Shown: positions 25,858-38,759, numbered from the stretch's first letter. The stretch is 64,000 bases of DNA from Octopus sinensis (GCF_006345805.1 NC_042999.1:142228001-142292000); one strand, 5' to 3'. The notes: generated from the sequence alone by a model not told the origin. A program made the numbers and translations.

Positions 25858-27225
25858 TGCGGCGAGCTGGCAGAATCGTTACCGCAACGGACAACATGCC
25901 TCGTAGCATTTTTTCCTGACTTTATGTACTGTGTTCAAAGGCAACCGAGGTTGACTTTGCTTCACCCTTTCAGGGTCAATGAAATAAGTACCAGTTGAGT
26001 ACTGGGGCCGATGTAATAGACTTAATCCCTCCCTCAAAATTGCTGGCCTTTTTCCAAAATTTGAAACCAATATTTCATGGCTTTTCTCTTTCTTGTTATT
26101 CATAAATAATAATGATTCTTCTCATCCTCTTTGTAAATTTAAATAACTTTTCTGGAATTATTACAGTAAATATATCTGTACTGAATTGTAATACCTAGTT
26201 ACATCTCTTTTTGTTTTGATTTTATATCCCGCTGCAGTTGACTTAGTTTTCCATTTCACAGGTATCGCTCAAATAAATATTATTCACATACCGGAAGTCG
26301 ATTAAATCAATTTACACGCTTAACCCAACATGTCTGGTCTTTACATCATCGTTCGATATAATTTTCTAAATTTAGCCTGAGATTTTGATGCTGAACTTTC
26401 TAGAATAAATAAATCGAATCCAGATATATAAAAAAAAAGTCACAGGAAAAGTCACAGCGGCTTTGTCGGGGGGGGGGTTGTCCGGACCCCATAAATTGTG
26501 ACTTTTTTTCCTGTGACCTTATTACCGACCACCATAAATTAATTGTGACTTTTTCCTTTGTCAAAATTATGACTTTATTACTGTGCCTTTTTTTCCTATG
26601 ACTTTATGGTCACCAATGAATCACCACCCAGGATATATTTCAAACACACACAGTATTTGACTTTCTGTTGACAGAGACCTATCACGATTTTTGTTTATTT
26701 TCCTCTTGTCTTCTTTATTAAATGATATTGTTCAAACGAAATCGTATTGTTACTAGACAAAATTGCTTAATATTATCGTAGACAATTATTTCCATTCATG
26801 TTGTGGCAAAGTATTATTTGCTAATAATATTTTATTAAGCATTATTATTCAGCATTTATTAGGCGGTGAGCTAGCAGAATCGTTAAGAGCATCGGACAAA
26901 ATGCATAATGGCATTTCTTACGTCTTTTACAATTTAAATTCAAATAACGCCGAATTTTACTCTGTCTTTCATCCTTCTGGAGTTGATAAGAATAAGTACC
27001 AGTCAAGTACTTGAGTTGATGTAATAGAGTTCCCCCGTTCCCCTCGAAACAGCTGGCCTTGTGCCAAAATTAGAAAGAATTATCTCGTATAATTACTGAT
27101 TAGATGGGCGAGCTGGCAGAATCGTTTCCGCACCGGTAACCATCTGAACAACTGGTATCGATGCAATCGACTTGCCCACTTCCCAAAAATTTCTGGCCTT
27201 GTAACAAAATTTAAAACCAATATAT
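25858..27225 (+). mobile_element. SINE family B copies (~25858-26075, ~26863-27080, ~27105-27225)
   Basis: GGCG(G)CGAGCTGGCAGAATCGTT heads and GGCCTTGTGCCAAAATT tails. CpGs are largely retained. Confidence 0.8.
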
Positions 27226-29418
27226 AATTCCAAGTTACGTTAATGTCACTCAGAAAAGTTAATCCAAAAAAGAAATTAACATTAGATATTAATTAAAGAG
27301 CAACATGCCTTCTTCAAAGGATGCTGATATCGGAACATCGAGGATACAGCCTAGACCTGGAGACTACCACGTCTAAATAGATTACAATAAAGTGATACTA
27401 TACACACAAGCGTTGTTGAGGGGGGGGGGTCCGCCTCGGGAAGCACTTTTAAAGGGGCACTACTTTTGGGCCTGCTGTAGGCAATATGTTATGGAAGGGC
27501 CGCTTCGGGCGACACACACTTTAGCTACGCTACTGACTATACAGACGGTTCAAGGGAAAGATAATAGGAAATCTGTTAGAAGAGATGAGATTCAGGACCA
27601 CAGAGATGATACTAAACAGATTCGTCATCAGCTGGAAATTTTTGTGACAAAACAAGGAACGTCCAAAAATATTCCTTGGTATTTCCATATTCTTAAATAT
27701 CTTACCTCTTCTGAATTGAATTAAATACGAAGAGTCGTCAATTTGTATTCTTCGTTGCTGCACTGTTTCCCCAACTCTAACATTCTTATTTACCTAACTG
27801 TAAATAAGTATCATTGAAGGCTATAAGCCCGCTAAAGTAAATAGGAGCATAATATATATGACGTATGCTGCTTTCTTTACTTATAATGCCAGTGTCAAAT
27901 CTTCCAATGATTCTGAATAAAAAAAAAATAATAAAATAAAAACCCACGTATGTAACGATTGCTCAGTCTAAGGAATTGAAATGTTCAGAAGTGTTTCAAC
28001 AATTCAACTGATGAAAAGGAAATTTATCTAAAGCTATTACAGCATTGAAATTGGGGGTCAGTGCTTTATTCAGAAAACGATCCAGTCTTAGTAATAAGAT
28101 GCGAACTCATAACACTTCGTCAAGGATGGGGCCACTGTCTTGTTAGCCATCACTACATTCAAATACATTAGGATTATGCAGTTGAGATTGAATGATGTTC
28201 GTGCTTTTTATAAGTGTGATAGCAACGTAAGGGAAGCATAAAAGCAACAAGAACCGAGAACTGAAATTGGGTCGGTCTCACCGAGTTCTTTTTGTTTTAT
28301 ACAATTCATTTCTCGTCTGGAAAATAATTCAGAAATCGCTCTATTAAATATCCGAATTAACGAAGGAAATTTTCTTTTATCTCGTATAAAGAGAATTTAT
28401 CAGACTATAAGTTGCAAGTTTTGTTTTACATTCTGTACATATGTCTAGGTATACTATATCATTTAATTGCCAATCTTTTGTTAAATTAAACCACAGTACG
28501 ATCGATAATGATAGCACACAGACCGACGTTTTTACAAAGTGTACTACTGTTTCGAAAGTACACAAGCCAATGTTTTCATATTTGCTTTGCGGTCTTCCGC
28601 CAACCACTTCTATTTGATTTGTTTGAAATAAGATTTAAATGTATGTCCGTTCCTTTTGTTTTACTATTCATCCTGTAGTTTTATCATTAATTTTATTTAA
28701 TCAATAGTTTCCTTTAATTTTCATACCTGTCAGTTAATTCAGAAAAGTACTTAATCGATTGGCTAACTGAAAATTCATTCTGACATTCCACTTAATAAAA
28801 GTGGACGTGATATTTCTAAACAAGTTCGTCTTTCAAATGTTTAATATTTGTGAATCAATAAGCTTGCGTTTTCCGTTGTTTGACTTTCTCGTCCTTTTGA
28901 CTTTACGCTGATTATAATCACTACAGCAATCAAATATGAGTTATAAATGTCGACTGTAACCTTGGACTCGGAGATCAGGTCACTCAGGCCGAGATTAAGA
29001 CGTCTGATTAAAACTAATTCAGTAAAAAGATCGATAAGCTTACATCTCACTCAGTAGGTTGAGAAAGCTAACTAAATGTATATAACCTTGATGTACCCTT
29101 AACATATATCCTTGTGCGGGTATGCTGTCAAAAATGGAAAAAGTTCATCAATAGCCGTGACTGAACGTTAAATATTAATTTCAATCGTTTTCAATGACTT
29201 CTACCGAGACGATCTTTGAAACTGGGGTTTCACCAATTTTAAGTGCAGATGAATAAATGTTCTGCTTGCCTACCTTCGCTGTAGTCACAACCAGAATATG
29301 ATGTGAAATGGTGTGAACATGTGTTGTATTTAATGTACAGTGAAGAAAATACATAAACCTCACTACACTTCATGCGATTAATCGGAATGTATGGTATGGT
29401 CCTCAGTTAAAACTGAGT

Positions 29419-30460
29419 AGCCAGGTTCTAAAGTTAGGAGGAGCGAGCACATAAAAAAAGACGCCGTGACATATACAAAACAATTTGAAACTCATTTCTT
29501 TTATATTACGCGAAATATTTCGTTGGATATAATATACGTAATTGTATTCTACATTCATTGATTTTGTAACGAACTTCGATGTGAGTTGTCTTCGTGCACT
29601 TTTGGGGTGCACAAAGCAATCACTCTCACTAGCCGTTGCTTTAATAATCCAGAATCTCTACTAGTCAGAAACAACAAGACGCAGACGTAAAATATACATA
29701 TAACTACTTTATTCTCTTTCTTGGTAAACAATAACAATAAGTGTGTTATCTGATGTCCTTGATTCTGGGCGCGCAAGGCTGAAAGTTAATAGATTGTAAT
29801 ATTTACAATCTTCAGCCCAAAAACAGAAAGGGGTCAAGATGGCGTCGAACAGGGAAGTTGAATGTGGTCGGCAACAATTTGGTTAAAGGTATTCGGCCGA
29901 CTGCTGCTATCAACCGGAGAGAATATATGCGTGACCGCCGCCTTCAATCGCTGGGTCCCAAGTCGCCGCTTGCTGCTGCTAGTGGTCAAACGTTCTACGG
30001 CCCCTTGCCTCGCTAACTGCTACGTAGGCAATAGGGTTCTTCTTCCGGTGCTTCGCGCATGCGCGAGAGGGCCCTTCCTCTCACTTGGTGAAGGCACCAA
30101 CACGCGCGAAATACAAATGGACAGTGCGCGAGCGCGCGCCGTTGTAGGATCACTACAATTTCATGTTTCAGTAACAATGTTAACTACCGATGTAAGTATA
30201 ACGTGAAAAAGATGTCGAGAGGTTATGACGTGAGCGGCCTTCAACAAATCACAGGAGATTGAGCAGACACTTCAAAAAGCACGGGAGGTTGGTCAAATAA
30301 GGTAATGACTCCAAAAAGTTCTTTCAAGGCCATGCGATTAACAAAAAAAAAAGGAAGAAAAGAAAAGAAAAACAACGACTTTTATCATAAAAGTGAGCTA
30401 AAGAGTTTTAATATATTTGTTGAAAAGGCGCCAATTTTGAAATATGTACTCAGTGAGGGT
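29419..30460 (+). repeat. Host interspersed repeat interrupted by a solo LTR
   Basis: Homologous to 16301-16840 on both sides of the insertion. Confidence 0.8.
29565..30157 (-). mobile_element. Solo LTR (593 bp), probably Gypsy-type
   Basis: Termini TGTAACG...CACTACA (TG..CA). 4-bp TSD ATTT at 29561-29564 and 30158-30161; the empty site CATTCATT-A-ATTT-CATG is at ~16434-16450. Minus-strand AATAAA at 29713-29708 sets the orientation tentatively. Confidence 0.85.
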
Positions 30461-31054
30461 GGAACTATTACGCCACCGGTTAGAACCATTTATATGTCTG
30501 GAGCTATGGGCTTGTGAATCACACCCAGATAACAGCCGACCACATATGAGCTATAGGTCTGGTCATTTACGGTCAATCTGCGGTTACACATGAAGAACAG
30601 CAACAAATTAGGTATTTAGCAAAATATATATAAATAAAAATAATATCTCAATCTCAACTATTCAAAATTTATTTCTCCCGAGTAAAGAAGGTCAACTTTT
30701 CAAAAGGTGGTGGAGGTGAGAAACTTTTATATAATAGACCACAATATGAAAAGGAAAGCGAGGAGGAGTACAGCATTTAGAGAGAGAGACTACAAGAGAA
30801 GGGTCGTTGAGAGAAATAAAGATAATGATAGATATCGAAAGAAAAAGAAACACTGTTATAGGAGGAAAAAATATATAATAGGGTCACAATGGATGGTGAA
30901 AAGGGAGAGCAAATTACAGAGAGAAAGAAAAAGAGGAACGGAATGAACAAGAGAAACAAATTGAGTCAGAAATAAACGGGAGTGAGGAAATAAACGAGTA
31001 TAGAAAAACACGTACACATCCATGTTATATACACTTATCCATGAGAGTGTGTGC

Positions 31055-31091
<37 letters not shown>

Positions 31092-31222
31092 CATTCTTTC
31101 GATATGAGTCCCGTTTACATCACGTGTATTTGCTTACATTTGAAGAAGAAGATCGTCACTTTCCGTAAAATTTTTTTATATATATATGTGGGGTTAGGGT
31201 TACGGTTAGGGGTGGGGTGAGG

Positions 31223-31269
<47 letters not shown>

Positions 31270-31329
31270 GAGTAAGTTAAGCCGGTGAGGAGGTAACAAT
31301 AAATTGAGTGAATTGTAAATTTCATCATC

Positions 31330-31920
31330 TCAGCAGCGGAAAACCTTGTATCTTTGTTCCTTCTTGACATCCAGGCACGGAATGTCAGTGCCACCGACGT
31401 GTCCAAGATGTGGGTTGGACGATGAAACCGTTCAACACGCTTTTGTACAATGTCGGGAGCTGTCAAGCTTGATAAGTTACGTTGAACACGTGTTGTTGCA
31501 TCTGGGACGAGTACAGCTGTCGGCTGGATCTATGATAAAGATGATACCGCCAACTGGACTCTCAAAGGAAGGTAAGGCTTATTTTTACTGTACGGTGGCA
31601 GTACTGAAAGAGTGTGGAGAATCAGAATGGAAGGTTTAGTGACAGGGTCCTTTGTCTCTGGCCCCGGTTTGTTAAATTACTTCAGATATCATCTGAAGAG
31701 CAAGATGGGGTTGGAGAAGAGGAGCCTGCCACAGAAAGAGTATGTGAAACGTTGGAAGAATGTGATGAGAAAGGTGGGTGTTAGTAACCCGGCTTAATCA
31801 TCAAAGAAAGGAAAAATTAGTTGCTGGGCCTTATAGGCTGCCGGGTTCAAAATTCAGAACCTGCACTTCCCCCCTTTTTCATTTTTGTGGTTTCTAATGT
31901 TAATTATATAAAAAAAAAAA
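31330..31920 (+). mobile_element. Tx1/L1-like LINE 3' fragment (zf-RVT CCHC)
   Basis: CPRCGLDDETVQHAFVQC = C-x2-C-x8-H-x4-C, followed by an A-rich tail at ~31910-31920. Confidence 0.8.
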
Positions 31921-32199
31921 CCCACTAAAGTTCTCGTTATAAAGGCAAAAGTAAGCCAATGATTCGTTTAAAGGCAAAAGTAAGCCAAGTTTTCGTTTAT
32001 GTTATATCATAACTAAATTTTTAATTTCATTCGAACTCTCACAACATTCTTTGTAATTGTTTGTCTTGTTATGTCGAATTCTATGTAAAATCATTTGATT
32101 ATAATATAGATTTCCTCTCACTCTGTGAAAGTTTCTAGTTCGAATCACACGTGTTTCGAGATGTGCTGAAGATTTTGTATTTTGGATATATTTGGGGTA

Positions 32200-32552
32200 C
32201 TTAGGTCTGCTCGGACTTAGTGCTTGCTTTTTCCATGGATATGAGTAAGTATTTCACTTATATCTCACGTATTTATCGCTGAAGAGGAGAAAATTCTTAT
32301 GAATTAACCCCGAAATTGGGACCAATACGGTAATAACGCATTTTTTAGAAATTTCTATCGGTTTGTTTCGAGACGCATAAATTATAATGGTTATTGACAA
32401 TTTTTGTCTTTTTTTTCGGCATATTTGGCATTAGAATTTTTCTTTTGCCCTTATTTTTGTAAATTATTTATAAATTTAACCTTTAAGGTATTTTTTGATA
32501 TGCTAGCCATTGATAAAATTTTTTTCCCGAAAAAATTTTTTATCCTACATTA
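32200..32552 (+). repeat. Unclassified interspersed repeat (3' part recurs at ~44560-44646)
   Basis: Shared TTTAACCTTTAA..ATATGCT(A/G)GCCATTGATAAAATTTTTTT..CGAAAAAATTTT..ATCCTACATTA followed by A/(TA)n. Confidence 0.7.
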
Positions 32553-32565
32553 GTTATATATATAT

Positions 32566-32620
<55 letters not shown>

Positions 32621-34572
32621 GCTCCATGCATACGTGTATCTGTGTGGTATTGCAAATTTTCAACAAAACGCTGCATTTATATATACACACACAGCTATAG
32701 AATATATCTCTCAACCCAACCATCAAACTGTTAACAATACTACCACCATTTAGACATCACAACAATCATCACCGAGAAAGTTTTAAATAATTACTACAAA
32801 AGAAGACTGTTGCTGCTACTCTTGTTTCTGTAACTACGAATCCAAGGGGAAAAGTTATAGGAAAATTACAACTAAACCAGATTTAACGTGTTTTTATTTT
32901 CTGTTGTTGTATTCAATGTGTGGAATAAAAGGTAATTTTATTGTACAGTTGGATGTAATTAATACCTTCAATGTAAATTGTGTCAACTTTGTGTACAAGT
33001 CGTGTATTGTCAGTTAATAAGTAATTTGACAAAGAAATATTTGTTTAATTAATTTTTCTATGATTTATGGATTCGAAGACCTCGTGAACCGTCTCACTAA
33101 TAAACACACGCAATCAGGCGCACTCGCGCTCACACACATACGTAATATACACATACATAGCTGTGGTAAAAGCTGCTAAGTATTAGTTGGGCTGCAAAGT
33201 CATGTGTGTTCTGCAGCTCATTAACGATAAATAGTCGTACTTTCTGTTGAGTCAATTTAAAATTGTGTGTGTGTGTGTATACGTGTATGTACTCACACAC
33301 ATGTATATATACACATGAAATAATAATCAACATTTTAGCGTCCACTTTTGCATGTTTGCTTGTGTGGGATGGAATTTGTCGAGACAGATATTCTATGGCA
33401 GGATGCCCTTTCAGTTACCAAACCTCAGTTGTTTCCAGGCAAGGTAACATTTCTCCATGGCGAGATACGTATTTTACTGAAAATTGGAAACGATGCTCGT
33501 TTACAACTGTTATGTATGTGAGTGTGTATTATGCAATAGAAGCAGTATTAAATTAAGATATCAATCTATGTATCAGACTTATGTATGAAACATAGATGTT
33601 GACTTTTCTCAAGAAAATGGTGCCCCAGCCAGGATTTATAAGGAGTTTCAGCTGCAACATTTGTCTGAAACCCAGAGAGCAAGGGAAGGTCTGTAACTAT
33701 TTTCTAGTCACCAACACACACACTATAAAAATGAAACCTACATTAATTTTGAGGAGATCTCCTGAAGCTCAACTGAAAGCAGTCTTCTTGCAGTTTGCTA
33801 TGTTTTGGCCTGACACTGCTGTACTTGATGAAAGAGTGGAACACTTGTTTTCCATTGAAGATAATTTGATGAAAGTTCTAAGTTAATGGTTTAGCTGCTA
33901 ATTCCACTGATACAAATTCAAGAAACAAATTATCTTTCTGTTACTAACAAGGAGATGTTTAGACTTTACATGTGGTATTTCAGAAGACTTTTAGAGGACT
34001 AAGGTTTCGTGCATAGTCTGCAAAAGTTTTACATGAATTACAATCATAAGAAGTATGGGGAGGATTATGATTGGTTTTTATAATTTAAAACACTGAAATA
34101 CAGACAGGGAAAAACATGTAACAAGCAAGTTTTCTGTTAAAAGAGTTCAGCTTGACACTGTGGTCTAATGAAACACTCATCAATGTTACTGTGCTGACAC
34201 TGTTTACTCAGTGATACAGCTTAGAATCAGGTGGACTTCACCACTGGAATTAAATGTCTTTCTCATGGACACAACATGTGTTGAACTAGGTAGAGTTGAT
34301 CAGTGAGATTAAGAGTCTTCTTCGTAAACACAGTATTTGTATGGCCATGAGCAAGACAATAAGATGTGTGCTGTAAAGGTATGTCAGTTCTAATGTTTAA
34401 AACGGATCTATTTTCCCAAGAAATGAGAAATATGGCAGAAGGCTGAAACTTCAGGATCCACTTCCTCCTCCCATCACAGAAACTTATTTTACAAACTTTA
34501 CTGAATGTTTTTATCAATACATATCATTGTTTTTATTTATTTTTATCATTATTGTAATGAATTAATATAATG

Positions 34573-34800
34573 AAGGTGTCAAGCTGGCAGAATCTTTACC
34601 AATCAGGACAAAATGCTTAGCATTTCTTTCATCTCCATACATTCTGAGTTCAAATGTCACCAAGGCTGACTTTGCCTTTCATCCTTTTAGGGTTGATAAA
34701 ACAAATACTAGCTAAGCACAGGGGTTGATGTAATTGACCAACAGTGCCCCCCGACATGCACATAATTTCAGGCATTGTACCTGTTGTAGAAAACAATTAT
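34573..34800 (+). mobile_element. SINE family B copy, CpG-decayed
   Basis: AAGGTGTCAAGCTGGCAGAATCTT..GAGTTCAAATGTCACCAAGGCTGACTTTGCC. Confidence 0.8.
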
Positions 34801-35261
34801 TATAAAAATTTAATCTATATGTATAAAACTGAGAATGTGTGTATATGTGTGTCTGTCTATGTGTGAAGCCCTAAAACTCGAAAACTACCCAACCGATTTC
34901 ATTCAAATTTTACATATGCATTACTTAGGGTCCATGGATTGTCATGTGCCAGATAAATGTTCAACTTCTTGCCTAATGTGGACCTGGAGCAATCTCTTAG
35001 ACTAGTTCTGTATTACATGTCAAAAGTGGAACAATAACTTCTATATTGTAATGTGATACAATATTGTTTCACTTTTAATCCTAATGTGATAAGACTTTCA
35101 CTTTTAATTCTAGCTGTTCAATTACCACTTAATAAGTATCATAACAGTTGAAATGATGTAAAGTATTTACAGTTACATATTAACCCTTAAATTAATATTT
35201 AATACAAGTGTTTAATTCATCAATATAAAATTCCTTGTCTCTCTGTCTGGCTGTCTGTAAT

Positions 35262-35751
35262 CCACACCTGAAATTTTTCCTCTAGTTCTGATAGTAACTT
35301 AGCAATTAGAGCAAGGTCATCAGCATAGAGGAGCTCCTAGGAGCATCCAGTCTTGAATTCCTCTGTTATTGCCTGGAGGACTATGATGAATAACAGGGGG
35401 CTGAGGACTGATCCTTGGTGGACCACTATCCCTACATGGAATTCTTCACTGTACTCATTGCCAACCCACACCTTACTGACAGCATCCCTGTACATGGCTT
35501 GAGCAGCTCTCACTAACCATTCGTCTATCCCTAGTTTCCTCATTGACCACCAGATAAGGGATAAGGGGACCCTGTCAAAGGCTTTCTCCATGTCAACGAA
35601 AGCCAGGTACAGAGGTTTATCTTTGGCTAGGTATTTCTCTTGCAGCTGTCTTACCAGAAATATAGCATCAGTGGTGCTTTTCCCTGGCACGAACCCAAAC
35701 TGCACCTCATCTAAACTGACTCTCTCCCTAATTAGTTGGGCTATGACCCTC

Positions 35752-35756
<5 letters not shown>
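35262..35756 (-). pseudogene. RTE-clade LINE reverse transcriptase fragment
   Basis: QFGFVPGKSTTDAIF..AFVDMEKAFDRVP..HQGSVLSPLLF..*ELLYADDL. YADD at 35327-35316; in-frame stop at 35339-35337. Confidence 0.92.
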
Positions 35757-35787
<31 letters not shown>

Positions 35788-35809
35788 CATATATATATAT
35801 ATATATAGC

Positions 35810-36230
35810 CAAATGAAGTCATTGTTGTGGCTGATGCCAGCAACTGCCTGACTGGCACCCCTGCCCGTGGCATGTAAAAAGTACTATTCAAGCATGATAA
35901 ATGCCAGTGCCACCTGAGTGGTCCCGTGCTGGTGGTACGTAAAAAGCACCATTTGAGTCTGGTCGTTACCAGTGCCAGCTGACTGGCTCCCATGCTGGTG
36001 GCATGTAAAAAGCACCATTCAAGCATGGTTGATACCAGTACCACCTGACTGACCCTTGTGCCAGTGGCATGTAAAAAGCACCCACTACACTCTGAGAGCG
36101 GTTGGCATTAAGAAGGGCATCCAGTTATAGAAACCTTGCCAGATCAGATTGGTACAGCCTTCTGGCTCGCCAGTCCTCAGTCAAACCGTGCAACCCATGC
36201 CAGCATGGAAAGCGGACATTAAATGATGAT
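35810..36230 (+). mobile_element. RTE-associated retroposon 3' end with tandem GGCATGTAAAAAGCACC units and (GAT)n tail
   Basis: Four related units at ~35870-36085. An antisense relative lies at 38760-39030. Confidence 0.7.
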
Positions 36231-36253
36231 GATATATATATATGTGTGTGTGT

Positions 36254-37270
36254 ATGTCCAGTTCCTTTGGTTTGTGTCTATGTTTTCGTTTCTCTTTGTG
36301 TTCGACGTCCCTTTGGTGTCCTGTACTCATATATGCGTGTGAATATGTACATGTAGAGGTAGGTACGTACATATATGTTTATATATATGCATATGTTTTA
36401 TTTCATTTATTAATATATTATATGACTAAACGCACGCACCCTCTTAAGTAAGATTGTTCTGTATATCAAGTTTTTGTCTTGATATTAACTCTCACGTGCA
36501 CTCTTCACCTTTCTGTCCCATCCCTATTCTTTGATTTTCTTTTTCCCCCACTTAACTTGTCTCTTCCTCTCTCTCTCATTCTCACTCTCTCTCTACCCCT
36601 CACCATTCTTCATGGTCTCCTGCAGCCATTCCCCTTCTTCTCTCCCTTCCTCTTGCTCCTCCTCCCCACTTCCCGTCGTCCACCCGCGACCTGACTGTCT
36701 TTTTTGGCCTGGCTTTCAAGGTAACTGGACGACATTCTTCTTGCTCTCCTGTCGTTCACAAAAAATTCTGCGTTTGCAATACTTTTTTCGTTCGGCGTCA
36801 ACAGCCCTTCTTATCTTGTTTTTCCCTGTCCTGTCTTTTACTGTTTATTTTTTTACTGTTTATATTTTTGTACTGTCGTTACTGTCCTGTTTTTTTACCT
36901 TTTTTTTACCATTTTTTACCCCTCTGTGAAAAGATCTCAGAATTTTAATTGATTTGCTTTTCTCAGGAAGGAAAGTTTCTTGTCGAAGATACGTCTCGCT
37001 TTTATCCTTCGAAACGTAGAGTAGATGAAACCTTAGCGACTGAAGAAGGGGTTTTTTCATTGTGTTAATTGTCCTGTACTCCATTTTTTTTTGTTGTTTT
37101 TAAAAAAATGTCCAGTTCTTTTGGTTTGTGTCTATGTTTTCGTTTCTCTTTGTGTTCGACGTCCCTTTGGTGTCCTGTACTCATATATGCGTGTATATGT
37201 ACATGTAGAGGTAGGTACGTACATATATGTTTATATATATGCATATGTTTTATTTCATTTATTAATATAT
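36254..37270. mobile_element. ~1-kb element bounded by ~165-bp direct repeats (LTR-like or Penelope pLTR-like)
   Basis: 36254-36418 and 37108-37270 differ by one substitution and a 2-bp indel. The interior is non-coding and pyrimidine-rich on +. Confidence 0.7.
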
Positions 37271-37307
37271 ATATATATATATACATACACACACATATAT
37301 ATATACT

Positions 37308-37950
37308 ATAGCCTCAGGCCGAGCAAAGCCTTGTCAGTGGATTTGGTAAACGGAAACTGAAAGAAGACTGTTGTATATATATGTATTTGTGTGTGTGTGT
37401 GCGCCTATGTTTGTACCCCCACCATCGCTTGACAACCAATGTTGGTGTGCTTACGTCCCCATAACTTAGCGGTTCAGCAAAAGACACCAATAGAATAAGT
37501 ACTAGGCTTACAAAGAATAAATCCTGGGGTCGATTTGTTCGACTAAAGGTGCTGCTCCAGCATGGCCACAGTCCCATGACTGAAATAAATAAAAGACAAA
37601 CTATGCCCTTTTAATCCAAAGCAACGCCGGGTATCTCTGCTAGTAACTTATAAACTTTCCATAATTTTGTAGTTTGCCAAGATAAAATAAAGTACCAGTT
37701 AAGTACTGGGGTTGACTTAATCAACTAAATCCCTCCCCTAAAATTCTAGAGCTTGCGCCAAAATTTGAAATAATTATTACTATATTTTTGTGCTATCAGT
37801 GTTGGTTTGTTTATATTGCCATAACTTAGAGGTTTAGCAAAAGAGATCAACAGAATGAGTACTAAACTTTAAAAAAATAAGTACTGGGGTCCATTTGGTG
37901 CCTCAGCATGGCCACAATCTAATGACTGAAACAGGTAACAGATAAAAGAA
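37308..37950 (+). mobile_element. SINE fragments (family A ~37308-37596 and ~37790-37950; family B tail ~37660-37780)
   Basis: Match to family A and family B sequences. Confidence 0.75.
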
Positions 37951-38759
37951 AACACATGAAGGCATTTTACTGTTTATTTATAATTTATTCCTGTTCTTTT
38001 CCTTTAATATATGATATTTCTCAACGGTAGACATTTACAGAATTAGCTTCATTGTAAAGTGTTAAATGGTAAGCTAATAATCTGTCAGGCTAGCATGATG
38101 TTGTCATTAAAAGTTCAGTTAAAAGCAGATTGACTTTTATATACCACAAAACACTATGTATAATATGCACTTCTCTTTTTCATCAAAATCCAGATTAAGA
38201 TTATGGTTACATTAATGCCAAGTAAAAGGCTACAAAGATTTTCCCTCCCACTTTTATCAATGTAGTAAAGCTTTATTTTTTATTATTATTATATATCAGT
38301 ATATTTTATATAAAATGAAATATTAAAAACTAATATGATGATCATAGATTATCTATTCATCTACCAGTTTTTTTGTCTTCAAGACAGGAGGGAAGGCAGT
38401 ACTCATGATCTGTTTTGGGTCCTCCAATACTAATGGGAGAGTGAAAGGAAGATATTCTCAAAATGGAAACCTGGCCCCAATCCTTCCAACTTTGTGGATC
38501 CTGATAAAGACTAGTGGCTACTTTGCCTTTTTATTTTTAATTCAAACTACAGTTAACATAGATATTCTTTCATTCTGTTATTGGTCTCTCTCACTGGATT
38601 AAGACTATGCATTAGGCAGACCTTGAAGGATTTTAATCAATGACATATGTCCTAAATACTCATTCCAGTCTGGTACTTATTTTACTGATTTGTATTTGTT
38701 AAACTACTAAATTATTGGACATAAAGGAATGTAACATAAACACAATACCAGTTAACCAG

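Larger units (their letters stand above)
34814..37643 (+). mobile_element. Non-autonomous Helitron split by ~2.4 kb of nested insertions (5' part ~34814-35180, 3' end ~37597-37643)
   Basis: A|TCTATATGTATAAAA 5' end and GCAACGCCGGGTATCTCTGCTAG|T 3' end (A^T target, TC...CTAG termini). Linking the two ends is inference. Confidence 0.6.

Noticed and set aside
29820-30160. Housekeeping-gene promoter or structured ncRNA gene
   Set aside because: The segment is bounded by TG..CA with a 4-bp TSD and is absent from the paralogous repeat, so a solo LTR explains it. The ATG in the YY1 motif opens only 15 codons, and I recognise no snRNA, RNase P, 7SK or SRP sequence.
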